Shown: positions 37,746 through 47,024 of the stretch, in pieces
How positions within the stretch are numbered: the first letter of the stretch is position 1
Layout: every line of letters begins with the position of its first letter
Assembly: GCA_038215615.1 (NCBI GenBank)
Contig: JBBQQR010000013.1
Coordinates: 1-54,138, forward strand
DNA length: 54,138 bases
Direction: 5' to 3'
From: Vulcanimicrobiales bacterium
Lineage (GTDB): Bacteria; Vulcanimicrobiota; Vulcanimicrobiia; Vulcanimicrobiales; Vulcanimicrobiaceae
The notes under the pieces: model-generated
Database searches by the model: none
Told to the model about the DNA's origin: nothing
What the model saw: the letters and a program-made list of their open reading frames with translations, nothing else
Program-made: the position numbers and the translations under genes

Positions 37746-38258
37746 GTGATACAACGTTTCGTTTTTTCATGTCTAACGCTTGCGGCGGCCGCGAGCTTAC
37801 TGGCTGCGGCGCCCGCGCCTCAACCGCCCGGGAAGCTTCCGCCGGGGATGACGCCAGCGCTTCTCAAGATGATGATGACGCTCCCGAAAGGGCCCGTCCC
37901 ATCCATGATGCCCGCCGGCACGGTGCCGGTGTCGGGATGTATCCCGACGATGGGTTATCACTACGCCAAGCCCTCGAACTTTCCGTTCGGTCCGATCTAC
38001 GGCTACTACAACGGAAAGGCGACGTTCACCGAGGTCATGGTCGACAAGAGCCTTTTTGCAAAAGGCAGCAATTGGGACGAAATCCTCAAGCCGCTCCCCG
38101 GTTACAAGATCGACCACGTCGATATTTGGTACGAATCGCATGGTCATCCGGGTTACACGATCCCGCATTACGACGTTCACGCATGGTACGTTCCGCATAG
38201 CGTGCACATGGCGTTTTGCGGAAATACGTCAGGCCAACGCCCGCCCTACTTGATGTAG
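37746..38258 (+). CDS. Secreted TTHB210-like/DUF5602-like His-rich protein, copy 2
   Basis: Signal peptide; GCIPTMGYHY, PFGPIYGY, IDHVDIW, GHPGYTIPHYDVH; clear paralogue of copy 1. Confidence 0.75.
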   Translation: MIQRFVFSCLTLAAAASLLAAAPAPQPPGKLPPGMTPALLKMMMTLPKGPVPSMMPAGTVPVSGCIPTMGYHYAKPSNFPFGPIYGYYNGKATFTEVMVDKSLFAKGSNWDEILKPLPGYKIDHVDIWYESHGHPGYTIPHYDVHAWYVPHSVHMAFCGNTSGQRPPYLM

Positions 38259-38259
38259 T

Positions 38260-39447
38260 TTAAACTGAGACGGCTTCGCGCAACGGCACGTACTCGTCAT
38301 CGGACGGGATCGTGCCGCGCAAAGCCACTTGCGCGATGAGCGCGGCGATGCGCCGCGAACTGCGTTTGGGAGCGATCAGTTCTTGATTGTGCTGCATCGC
38401 TTCCAGGCGCCGCGGGTTGCGCACAAGACCGTCGACTGCGCGCACGATCTCGGCGATGCTGTTGATGGCGACGACGCCGATACCGTTGTGACGCACGAAA
38501 TCAACGTTGCCGCGCTCTTGCCCGGGAACGTAGTCGTACACGACGACCGGCAGCTGCGCGGCATTCGCCTCGGCCAGCGTTCCCGGCCCGGCTTTGGTTA
38601 CGAGCAGGTCGGCGGCGCGCATCAACTCCGGAATCTTATCGGTAAATCCGAGAACGGTCATCGGCGTCGGAAGTTTGCGCGACATTTCCGCGATCTTCGC
38701 GCGCATCGTCTCGTTGCGTCCGCAGACGACGACCAAGTGCGTCGGCATTCGCGCCTTCGCCAAACGCAGCGCCGCCTGCAGTAATTTTCCGCCGCCCTCG
38801 CCGCCGGCCATCAGCAGCGTAATGAACGTGTCCGCGGGCAAACCCAGCTGCGCGCGCAGCTGGGTTTTACCGCCGGTGACGTTGTCGAACTTCGGATGGA
38901 TTGGCTGGCCTAGCATACGCAGGCGGCTCGGATCGACGCCGCGCGAAAGCGCGCGTTCGTAGACTTCACGCGCTGGAACAACGACCGCGTCAGCTTCGGG
39001 CGTTAGCCAAGATTCGTGCACTTTCCCGAGGTCGGTGATGACGGTGACGATGGGAATGTGCTGCATGTCTGCATCCGCGCGGGCGCGCAGAGCCGCGTGA
39101 TTGAGCAGCGGATGGATCGAAACGATAACGTTTGGTTTGTAATCGAGGAACAGATCGCGCAACCGTTCGCGGTAGAGCGGCTCGCAGAAACGGACCAGCG
39201 CTTTATAGCGCCGGCGGCCGTTGGTGGCGTAATACAGCGCGCCGTAAACCGGGGGAGCGTAGCGCAGTGCAGCCGAGTAGCCCCACCCGAGTTGCGTGAG
39301 CGGGAAGGAGCAATGCGCGGCAACGTCCTCGGTGCGGTGCTCGAACGCCGGCTCGCGCAGTTCGTCCAGCGCGACCGCGATCGCGTTGGCAGCGCTGCGA
39401 TGTCCGCCTCCGGTATCCGAGATCAAAAAGAGGGCGCGTTCGGTCAA
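38260..39447 (-). CDS. GT28 diacylglycerol glycosyltransferase (MGDG synthase/UgtP-like)
   Basis: SDTGGGHRSAA, IVSIHPL, VITD, MAGGEG, VCGRN, TKAGPGTLAEA, VPGQERGN. Confidence 0.92.
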   Translation of the reverse strand: MTERALFLISDTGGGHRSAANAIAVALDELREPAFEHRTEDVAAHCSFPLTQLGWGYSAALRYAPPVYGALYYATNGRRRYKALVRFCEPLYRERLRDLFLDYKPNVIVSIHPLLNHAALRARADADMQHIPIVTVITDLGKVHESWLTPEADAVVVPAREVYERALSRGVDPSRLRMLGQPIHPKFDNVTGGKTQLRAQLGLPADTFITLLMAGGEGGGKLLQAALRLAKARMPTHLVVVCGRNETMRAKIAEMSRKLPTPMTVLGFTDKIPELMRAADLLVTKAGPGTLAEANAAQLPVVVYDYVPGQERGNVDFVRHNGIGVVAINSIAEIVRAVDGLVRNPRRLEAMQHNQELIAPKRSSRRIAALIAQVALRGTIPSDDEYVPLREAVSV

Positions 39448-39947
39448 ACTTTGACTCCTGGAGGCGCGGCGCGGCGCCGTCGAGTGGGAGCGAGTGCGGC
39501 CAAAAGCGCCCGCGCAGGGGCGTCATAAAAGCGAAAAATGTCGCCGAACTCGGTAGCTGGATTTCGGTGATGGCCGTCGTGGTCCTCGGGAAGCACGATG
39601 CCGAGCGGGCCGAGGGCGGCCCGCACGAGGGCCGGAGTGCGCCAGCCTAGGTCTCCGGTGTGCCGCCACCAGACGTGCAGCTGGCCCAGCGCCAGGCCCG
39701 CCAGCGCTCCCGTCCACGAGACTCGCCAGAGCAGCGCCGCCGCGGCCAGATAGGGCAGGGCGCCGAGAAAACCATCGAGCAGCACCGCGGGATCGGTCGT
39801 CAGCACTGCGTGATCCCAGTACGGCCGCCGCCGATCGTGATGCGTGCGCAAGTGCAGCGCAAACCATAGGTGCTGCGGTACGTGATAGAAGAACGTCGAT
39901 CCAAAATCACCGGCTACCAGGACTGCGAGCGCTGCCAGAAGTGCCAC
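39444..39947 (-). CDS. Fatty acid hydroxylase/sterol desaturase family di-iron membrane enzyme
   Basis: His boxes HVPQH, HLRTHH, HVWWRH, HDGHH; overlaps the start of the GT28 gene. Confidence 0.8.
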   Translation of the reverse strand: MALLAALAVLVAGDFGSTFFYHVPQHLWFALHLRTHHDRRRPYWDHAVLTTDPAVLLDGFLGALPYLAAAALLWRVSWTGALAGLALGQLHVWWRHTGDLGWRTPALVRAALGPLGIVLPEDHDGHHRNPATEFGDIFRFYDAPARALLAALAPTRRRRAAPPGVKV

Positions 39948-40624
39948 TGAGGATCCGCCTTCGCGTTGCCGCGGGGATTTGCTTGGCGATTTGCGCGTGC
40001 ACCGGGCCTGCGCACAACGCGACGGCGAACACCAAAGTCTTCATACCCAGCGTTACGGAGGCTGCGATGTCTTGGCACGCTCCCGTTTACGCGAACGCCT
40101 TGTACGGATTGCGCCCCCTGCAAGACGGGCCGCCTACGGGAAGCGCAACGCTCGCAATTACGCGCGCGGTGCTTCATACAAATACGCACATCGCGCCGGT
40201 CGATGCGCTATTGTTAGGGGGCTGGGCAGTCCGCGCGGCGCGCGCGCACGGTTTGCCGCCGGAGTTTCTGGCCGCGACGCTGCTGCAAGAATCGGCATTC
40301 GATCCGCGCGCGCTTTCTTCAGCGGGCGCAATCGGCATCGCACAGTTCATGCCCGAAACGGCGGCCGATGCGGGAATCGATCCGCGCGATCCGTTCGCCG
40401 CGATCGAAGGCGCGGCAGCGCTGCTCGGATCGTACGAGCGCGCTTACGATTCGACCTACGCCAATCCGTTAGCCGCCGCACTGGCCGCGTACAACGCCGG
40501 GCCCGGCGCGGTAAGCGCCTACCATGGCATTCCGCCGTACGCCGAGACGCGCGGCTATATCAACGACGTCATCGACCGGTGGGCAAAGATTACCGGGTAT
40601 GAAACGCCAATACAGAGCCCATGA
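39941..40624 (+). CDS. Lytic transglycosylase, SLT domain
   Basis: LLQESAFDPRALSSAGAIGIAQFMPETA, ALAAYNAGPGAV, PPYAETRGY. Start uncertain. Confidence 0.88.
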   Translation: MPLRIRLRVAAGICLAICACTGPAHNATANTKVFIPSVTEAAMSWHAPVYANALYGLRPLQDGPPTGSATLAITRAVLHTNTHIAPVDALLLGGWAVRAARAHGLPPEFLAATLLQESAFDPRALSSAGAIGIAQFMPETAADAGIDPRDPFAAIEGAAALLGSYERAYDSTYANPLAAALAAYNAGPGAVSAYHGIPPYAETRGYINDVIDRWAKITGYETPIQSP

Positions 40625-41088
40625 AACGTGCTATTACAGCGGTTCTTCTGGCATCTGCGGCGCTCGCCGGGTGCGGCAGCGTGACGAACGGCATTGACTT
40701 TAAACCGCCGGCCGGCTGGACGTCTACGCCCTCAATTCTCGGCCGGATGCAGGCGTGGATGAAGAAGGCCCGCGACAACAAACAGGACGAGATGGTCTTC
40801 CTGGTTCGCGGATCGAACACGAACGTCGACATCAAGAATATTCCGCAGGCCGGGCTCGGTTCGATATCGATGGCGAAGCAGTCGACGATCGCGATTTGCG
40901 GCAACCAAAAAGCGCAATTCGTGACCGGAGTCGGTACCGGTCACAGCGGACAAAAACAAGTGATGGAGATGGTGTCGGCAACCGTCGGACAGGACGGATT
41001 TGTGAGCATGTATATTCGCCCGCAATCCGATCCGGCCGATCCCGCCGCCGAAGCGGCCATTCGTTCGCTCTGCGCCGCTAAGACCTAA
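40621..41088 (+). CDS. Lipoprotein of unknown function
   Basis: MKRAITAVLLASAALAGC lipobox; ATGA-coupled to the SLT gene. Confidence 0.8.
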   Translation: MKRAITAVLLASAALAGCGSVTNGIDFKPPAGWTSTPSILGRMQAWMKKARDNKQDEMVFLVRGSNTNVDIKNIPQAGLGSISMAKQSTIAICGNQKAQFVTGVGTGHSGQKQVMEMVSATVGQDGFVSMYIRPQSDPADPAAEAAIRSLCAAKT

Positions 41089-41854
41089 CTCGCTCGAAGC
41101 AGTCGCCCAAAAAGGCCTGCACGAGATTCCACGAGTCGGCCACCGCGTTGGCGATCGCCTCGTCGGAGAAACGTTCTTGACCGGCAACGGCGCGTGGCGT
41201 TCCTTGCCGGAAGAATGCGTGACCGACGCCGGGATAGACTTCGAGCCGGTACTCGACACCGTGCGTGTCGAGCTCTTTGCGAATGCGCTCGATGTCATCG
41301 CGTGAGATACCCGAGTCTTCGGCGCCGAAACATAAGAGCAGCGGCACCCCAATTTTGTCGATCTCTTTCAACGCGCCCGGTTCGCCGCTGCCGAACGGTT
41401 TGGCGATCGCTCCGCCATAAAAGCAAATAGCGCCGCGCACGTCCGGAAGCGTCGCGCTTAAGAACGCGACCGACCCGCCCATACAAAAACCCCACGTCGC
41501 GATCTTGCCGTCGCGCACGAAGTCCTGCTGTTTCAGCCAGGCGGCCGCCGCGTTCAGATCGGCGTAAAGCGTCTCCCGCGTGACGCTCTTGCGCGCCTCC
41601 ATCGCCGTTTGCATCGACGATTCTTCGTAGGCCAGATCCAAGTTCGGATGGGTACGGTGATAATAGTTGATGGCCAAACCCACGTAGCCGGCCGCGGCGA
41701 GCATGTCGGTCACGCGGCGCATCTCGGCATTGACGCCGAAGACTTCTTGCAGCACGATCACGGCGGGATGAGGTCCTGAGCCGGACGGGGGCCGCGCAAG
41801 ATAGGAATCCATCTCCGACCCGTCGACAGAAATATTCACAGCCTGACTTATCAT
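41078..41854 (-). CDS. Dienelactone hydrolase family protein
   Basis: VLQEVFGVN, WGFCMGG (Cys nucleophile), YPGVGHAF. Confidence 0.93.
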   Translation of the reverse strand: MISQAVNISVDGSEMDSYLARPPSGSGPHPAVIVLQEVFGVNAEMRRVTDMLAAAGYVGLAINYYHRTHPNLDLAYEESSMQTAMEARKSVTRETLYADLNAAAAWLKQQDFVRDGKIATWGFCMGGSVAFLSATLPDVRGAICFYGGAIAKPFGSGEPGALKEIDKIGVPLLLCFGAEDSGISRDDIERIRKELDTHGVEYRLEVYPGVGHAFFRQGTPRAVAGQERFSDEAIANAVADSWNLVQAFLGDCFERVRS

Positions 41855-41885
41855 CGCGCTCCTCTTCCCCGGGAGGCTTTCACTT

Positions 41886-42893
41886 ATGACCGCGGCTACA
41901 ACGGCTCCTATGGACCGGCTTCAGATCGTCACCGTGCCGCCACCCGAGCGGCTGCCGAGCTTTGCCGAGGACGTCGCCACCGGTTTGAGCGCGCGCCCGA
42001 AACGGCTGAACTCCAAGTATTTCTACGACGCAACCGGTTCGGCGCTCTTCGATGCGATTACGCAGCTGCCCGAATACTACTTGACCCGCGCCGAGACCGG
42101 CATCTTGCGCGAATGGGGTTGGGAGATCGTGCGCGCCCTGGGTAACCCCGTCGAGTTCGTCGAGCTCGGCAGCGGCAGCGCAGCCAAGACGCGGATTCTT
42201 ATCGAAGAGACGCTGCGAGTTCAGCGTGCCTTGCGCTATTCGCCGATCGATATCTCCGCGGACGCACTGCGCGCGTCGGCCGGTTCGCTGGTTGAAAGCT
42301 ATCCGGAGCTGCGCGTCTGCGGGTACGCCGCGGATTATTTTTCGATTCTCGATACGCCGCACTTGCGGCGCAGCGATCAAAAAGTGCTCTTCATGTTCAT
42401 GGGCTCGAACATCGGCAACTACGAGCCGCAGGAGGCGGCCGCGCTGCTCGCGCGCATCGCCGCGTTGCTCAAACCCGGAGACGGTCTGCTGCTCGGCGCC
42501 GATCTCAAGAAAGACGAACGCGATCTGCGGCTCGCCTATGACGATGCGGCCGGCGTGACGGCTGCCTTCAACAAAAATTTGCTGGTCCGCATCAACCGGG
42601 AGCTCGGCGCGGATTTCGACGTGCGCAGCTTCGACCACGTGGTCGAGTACGATGAGCAGTCCGGCGGACTGCATTCGTACTTACATTGCGGCCGCGCCCA
42701 AGACGTTACGCTGGCGCAATCGAACACGCGCGTGCACTTTGAGGAAGGGGAACGTGTTCACACCGAATCAGCTTACAAATACTCGCTCGAGGGCATCGGC
42801 GAAATGGCGCGCGCGTCCGGTATGAGCGTGGCCCGAACGTGGCAAGACGAGGAGCGCCGCTTCAGCGTCAACCTCTTGGTGCTCGCATCGTGA
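41886..42893 (+). CDS. egtD: L-histidine N-alpha-methyltransferase (hercynine-forming)
   Basis: KYFYDATGSALFDAITQLPEYYLTRAE, VELGSGSAAKT, GSNIGN, YDDAAGVTAAFNKNLL, HTESAYKY. Confidence 0.9.
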   Translation: MTAATTAPMDRLQIVTVPPPERLPSFAEDVATGLSARPKRLNSKYFYDATGSALFDAITQLPEYYLTRAETGILREWGWEIVRALGNPVEFVELGSGSAAKTRILIEETLRVQRALRYSPIDISADALRASAGSLVESYPELRVCGYAADYFSILDTPHLRRSDQKVLFMFMGSNIGNYEPQEAAALLARIAALLKPGDGLLLGADLKKDERDLRLAYDDAAGVTAAFNKNLLVRINRELGADFDVRSFDHVVEYDEQSGGLHSYLHCGRAQDVTLAQSNTRVHFEEGERVHTESAYKYSLEGIGEMARASGMSVARTWQDEERRFSVNLLVLAS

Positions 42894-44959
42894 TCGCACG
42901 AAACTCCGCGCTATTGCTCGCGCTGATCTTTTCGCTTTCCGCCACGGCGATGGCTGCGCCCAGACCCGTGCAGCCCGAGGATCTCTTCAAATTTACGTTT
43001 ATCACCGGCCCGCAGATCTCGCCCGACGGCGCGCGCGTTGTGTTTACGGCGACGCGGCTCAACGGTCCCAAAGAGACCTACGACGGCAATCTGTACCTGA
43101 TCTCCGCGGCGGGCGGCACGCCCAAGGCGCTCGGAAATACGGGACGCGACGGCGGGCCTGTATGGGCACCCGACAGCCGGACGATTGTCTTTACCCGCGG
43201 CCCGGCAAAAAAGGGCCAGCGCGCCCAGCTCTTTGCCTACGACGTCGCGACGGGCATCGTGCGTCAGCTCACCCATCTGAAGCAGGGCGCAAGCGGCGCG
43301 GTCTTTTCGCACGACGGAAAGCATATCGTGTTTCGCGTCGTGTCGATCGACCCGGCCCCCGCGGCCCATATCAATTTCGCCGCCGCCGGCTTCCGGCCCA
43401 AAAAAGATCAGACCAAGAGCGACGTGCGCGTGATCGGCCAGATGCACTTTGAAAACAACGGCGCGGGCTACACCGAAGATCGCCACCCGCACATTTGGGT
43501 GATGAATGCCGACGGCAGCGGCGCGCGCGCGCTGACCGGCGGAATATGGGCCGAGGGCAATCCGCGCTGGTCGCCCGATGATAAGACGATCGCGTTCGAT
43601 TCGCTGCGCTACAACTCGCCGAGCCTCGGTCCGAGCGATATCTACACGATTCCGGCCGCGGGCGGCACGATGCGCAAGTTGGTCTCGAATCAGCCTTTAA
43701 ACAACCTGCTCGGCTTCGGCTCCGGAAACGAACTCTGGTTCTTTAGCGGAGGCGTACGCGATCCGGCGCAGCTTCCCGCGTTGGTGGCATCGCAACCGGA
43801 CGGTTCCGATCGCAAAACCGTCGTACCGGGCGATACGATCGATTTTGGCGATACGGTGCTGGCGGACATGGGAGAACCCGGCGGCCTGTGCGGACCATTC
43901 TTTGCGCCGCACGAAAGTTTCGCGCTCACCAACATCCAGTCACCCGGATACAGCGCGCTCGCGAAACTCGATCCGCGCACGGGAGCGATCCAACAACTCA
44001 CGACGTCGGGCGAAGCCTCGGATTGTTCCATGGACGACAGCGGCCGCTTTGCGGCCTACACGCTCTCCGACTTTACGCATCCGCGCGAAGTCTACGTGAT
44101 GGACCTTTCGACCGGAGAGAGCCGGCGCATCACGAGCATGAACGACGCCGTAGTCGCGCAATTGGAGCTCTCCACGCCGCAGCCGTTCACCGTGGTCGAC
44201 GACGCCGGCTTTACCGTGCATGCGTGGTTCATGCCGGCTGTCGGATCCAAGCCGGGGGAGCGCAGACCGACGATTCTCGATATCCACGGCGGTCCGGAGA
44301 CTCAGTTCGGTGAGACGTTCTTTCACGAGCTGCAATTTTGGGCGGGTCAGGGATACAACGTCGTCTTCAGCGATCCGCGCGGAAGCGTCGGCTTCGGCTA
44401 TCCTTTTGAAGAAGCGCTCGCCAAACATTGGGGAGCGGCAATGTTCGACGACGTGCAGCGCGTCATGGACGCCGCCGTGAAGCGAGCCGACGTCGATCCC
44501 AACCGGCTGGGCGTCTCGGGCGGAAGTTACGGCGGCTATGCAACGCTGTGGGTCATCGGCCACACGCGCCGCTACAAAGCGGCGATCGCGGAACGCGTCG
44601 TCAGCAATTTAGCGACGGAGCAGCTGGCAGCCGATCTCGCATCGGACAACGCGCTGGGCGGCCGCTACTCGTGGGGACTGCCCTGGCAAGCCGGCAACCG
44701 GTATATGCAGCAATCGCCGATCTCGTACGTCGCCAACGCGGTGACGCCGCTGCTCATCCTCCATTCAGAGGAAGATACGCGCACGCCGATCGATCAGACG
44801 TTACAGTGGTTCAACGCGGCGAAAATCCTGGGACGCCCAATCGAATACGTCGTCTTTCCCGGCGAGAATCACGACCTCTCGCGCACCGGCTCGCCGATCC
44901 ACCGCGTCGAACGCCTGCACGTTCTCGCGCAGTGGTTCGCGCGGTACTTGCGTCCGTAG
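42890..44959 (+). CDS. Secreted S9 family (acylaminoacyl) peptidase
   Basis: Signal peptide, TolB-like propeller, IHGGPE, GGSYGG, HSEEDTR, FPGENHDLSRTG; GTGA-coupled to egtD. Confidence 0.93.
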   Translation: MIARNSALLLALIFSLSATAMAAPRPVQPEDLFKFTFITGPQISPDGARVVFTATRLNGPKETYDGNLYLISAAGGTPKALGNTGRDGGPVWAPDSRTIVFTRGPAKKGQRAQLFAYDVATGIVRQLTHLKQGASGAVFSHDGKHIVFRVVSIDPAPAAHINFAAAGFRPKKDQTKSDVRVIGQMHFENNGAGYTEDRHPHIWVMNADGSGARALTGGIWAEGNPRWSPDDKTIAFDSLRYNSPSLGPSDIYTIPAAGGTMRKLVSNQPLNNLLGFGSGNELWFFSGGVRDPAQLPALVASQPDGSDRKTVVPGDTIDFGDTVLADMGEPGGLCGPFFAPHESFALTNIQSPGYSALAKLDPRTGAIQQLTTSGEASDCSMDDSGRFAAYTLSDFTHPREVYVMDLSTGESRRITSMNDAVVAQLELSTPQPFTVVDDAGFTVHAWFMPAVGSKPGERRPTILDIHGGPETQFGETFFHELQFWAGQGYNVVFSDPRGSVGFGYPFEEALAKHWGAAMFDDVQRVMDAAVKRADVDPNRLGVSGGSYGGYATLWVIGHTRRYKAAIAERVVSNLATEQLAADLASDNALGGRYSWGLPWQAGNRYMQQSPISYVANAVTPLLILHSEEDTRTPIDQTLQWFNAAKILGRPIEYVVFPGENHDLSRTGSPIHRVERLHVLAQWFARYLRP

Positions 44960-44968
44960 GCGAGAAGT

Positions 44969-45559
44969 TTACGGCGTCTGCCAGGTCGTCGTTCCGGCCG
45001 AGTCGAGCACGTAGGCTCCGAATTCTCCACTGCTGTACTGGCCCACATACGCGCGCAGCGTTCCGGACGAGTCGAAGAATTCCGACATAGGGTCATCGGA
45101 AGTGGACTGTCCGAAGTATGCGCGTTTGGTGTGGCTCGCGTCGAAAAACTCGAGCATGTTCGTGCCCTCCGTGTTTTCCGTGAAGGCTGCTCGTTCTGCG
45201 CCTCTCTTGTCGTACAGCCGCACCACCGGCTTGGCCAGATCCGACAAGAAGAGTCCCATCCGCGTGACCCCGCTCGGATCCGAGAGATAGATTCCGGGCT
45301 GATTCGCGCTGTTCCAACCCAGCATCAGTCTGCGCCGCCCGGACGTGTCGTAGAGCGCGAATCCGGAGCCGCCGACGCGCACCGAGCCGTTGGCATTTGA
45401 AAACGTGAGTTGCTTCTGCTGCGCGATCGTTGCGCCGCCCGCGAGCAACGCGAGAACGGCGGCAAAGGAACCGAACAGCAATCGTTTGAGAACCTTCGAT
45501 TGGCGCTCCAGGCGGTCGATTCGTTCGGCTAATATGTCAATACGCGAACGTTCTATCAC
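44969..45559 (-). CDS. Membrane-anchored protein with 23-aa beta-rich repeats
   Basis: GGAGG RBS then GTG at 45559; coiled coil LAERIDRLERQ, TM helix, about 5.5 repeats. Confidence 0.78.
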   Translation of the reverse strand: MIERSRIDILAERIDRLERQSKVLKRLLFGSFAAVLALLAGGATIAQQKQLTFSNANGSVRVGGSGFALYDTSGRRRLMLGWNSANQPGIYLSDPSGVTRMGLFLSDLAKPVVRLYDKRGAERAAFTENTEGTNMLEFFDASHTKRAYFGQSTSDDPMSEFFDSSGTLRAYVGQYSSGEFGAYVLDSAGTTTWQTP

Positions 45560-45618
45560 GTGAAAGAGCCTCCATAGATGAGAGGACGAGGGTGTGGGCT
45601 TCGGCCTCGCGGGTTTGG

Positions 45619-46242
45619 CTACCCCGCGGTGCGGCGGGTCGCTGCGCGTTCGAGCGCGCGAAAGGCGGCGTCGGCGGCAATCGCGAGTAGCGCGGCGGGA
45701 ATGCTTCCGGCCAGCGTCTGCTCCAGATAACGGCGCTGCAGCCCAAAAAATATTTCGTTTCCCAAACCGCCGGCGCCGACGTATCCGCCGAGCGTTGCGA
45801 TCGCGATCAGCGCGACCGTCGCCAGCCGCAGGCCGCCAATCATGACAGGCGACGCGAGCGGCAATTCGACGCGCCAGAATTGCTGGCGGCTCGACATGCC
45901 GATGCCGCGCGCCGCGTCGAGCTGCGCGCGCGGTACGGCACGCAACGCCGCGGCGATGTTGCGCACGAGGATGAACTGCGCGTAGATAGCGAGTACGACG
46001 ATAACGGGTGCCGCCCCCAACCCGAAATACCGCACGAACACCGCGAGCAGCGCCAGCGACGGAACGGCGTAGAGCGCGCCGAGCAAACCTAAGAGCAGCG
46101 CCGAAGCGCGCGGCACGCGCGCTGCAAAAATTCCCAGCGGAAGCGCGATCGCCAGCGCGATGGCGAGTGCCGCACAGACGAGCCCCAGGTGCTGCAGCGT
46201 CAGTACGCCGATGAGCCGCCAGTGCGAGAAGAGATACGTCAC
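45619..46242 (-). CDS. Osmoprotectant-type ABC transporter permease (OpuCB/ProW-like)
   Basis: LYAVPSLAL, DAARGIGMS, VELPLASPVMIGGLR, YVGAGGLG; GTG start at 46242. Confidence 0.9.
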   Translation of the reverse strand: MTYLFSHWRLIGVLTLQHLGLVCAALAIALAIALPLGIFAARVPRASALLLGLLGALYAVPSLALLAVFVRYFGLGAAPVIVVLAIYAQFILVRNIAAALRAVPRAQLDAARGIGMSSRQQFWRVELPLASPVMIGGLRLATVALIAIATLGGYVGAGGLGNEIFFGLQRRYLEQTLAGSIPAALLAIAADAAFRALERAATRRTAG

Positions 46243-47024
46243 GGGGCCGCTGCCAAAGCGTTCCGCAGCGACTCGTAGCGCCGCACATCTGCGTTGACCG
46301 CAAAGAGTTGCGCGATGTATGGACTGGCCGGCGCGCGTAGCATCTCTTCCGGCGTGGCATATTGCACCAACTTGCCGTCGCGCATCACGGCAATGCGATC
46401 GGCTAGACGCAGCGCTTCCTCCACGTCGTGCGTGACGAAGAGGACCGTGGTTTGCAGTATGCGTACGATCCGCAGCATTTCGTCTTGCAGCGATCGGCGC
46501 GCGATTGCGTCGACGGCGCCGAACGGCTCGTCCATGAGCAGCACCTGCGGTTCCGCGGCGATCGCCCGCGCCACGCCCACGCGCTGCTGTTCTCCGCCGG
46601 AAAGCTCGCGGGGAAAACGCGAGCGGTAACGCTCCGGGTCGAGTCCGACGAGTTCGAGCAGTTCGTCCGTGCGTCCGGCGATGCGCCCGCGGTCCCAATG
46701 CAGAAGCTCCGGAACGACGGCGATGTTTTGCGCCACGGTCATATGCGCGAAGAGTCCGACGGCTTGGATCACGTAGCCGGTCGCGCGGCGCAGCGCGGTC
46801 GGTTCGATCGAAGCGACGTCCTGTCCGCCGACAGTAACCGCTCCGCTCGCCGGCGCTACCAAGCGGTTGACGGTGCGCAGCAGCGTGCTTTTCCCGCAAC
46901 CCGACGGTCCGAGCAGAACGCTAAAGCTTCCGGCGGGAATCGCAAAAGACACGCCGTCCACCGCGTTGCGGTCGGCTCGCGGGTAGCGCGCGACCACCGA
47001 ATCGAAGCTGACGCTGACGCTAAT
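46239..47024 (-). CDS. Osmoprotectant-type ABC transporter ATP-binding subunit (OpuCA/ProV-like)
   Basis: GPSGCGKST, GYVIQAVGLF, LSGGEQQRVGVARA, LMDEPFGAVD, FVTHD. Start is either GTG 46997 or ATT 47024. Confidence 0.92.
   Translation of the reverse strand: MSVSVSFDSVVARYPRADRNAVDGVSFAIPAGSFSVLLGPSGCGKSTLLRTVNRLVAPASGAVTVGGQDVASIEPTALRRATGYVIQAVGLFAHMTVAQNIAVVPELLHWDRGRIAGRTDELLELVGLDPERYRSRFPRELSGGEQQRVGVARAIAAEPQVLLMDEPFGAVDAIARRSLQDEMLRIVRILQTTVLFVTHDVEEALRLADRIAVMRDGKLVQYATPEEMLRAPASPYIAQLFAVNADVRRYESLRNALAAAP

Noticed and set aside
45560..46899. Long ORFs 44969..46360 and 45619..46899 suggesting fusions
   Set aside because: Their Arg/Ala-rich upstream parts are alternative frames of the ABC genes; real starts are at 45559 (with RBS) and 46242 (coupled to the upstream stop).
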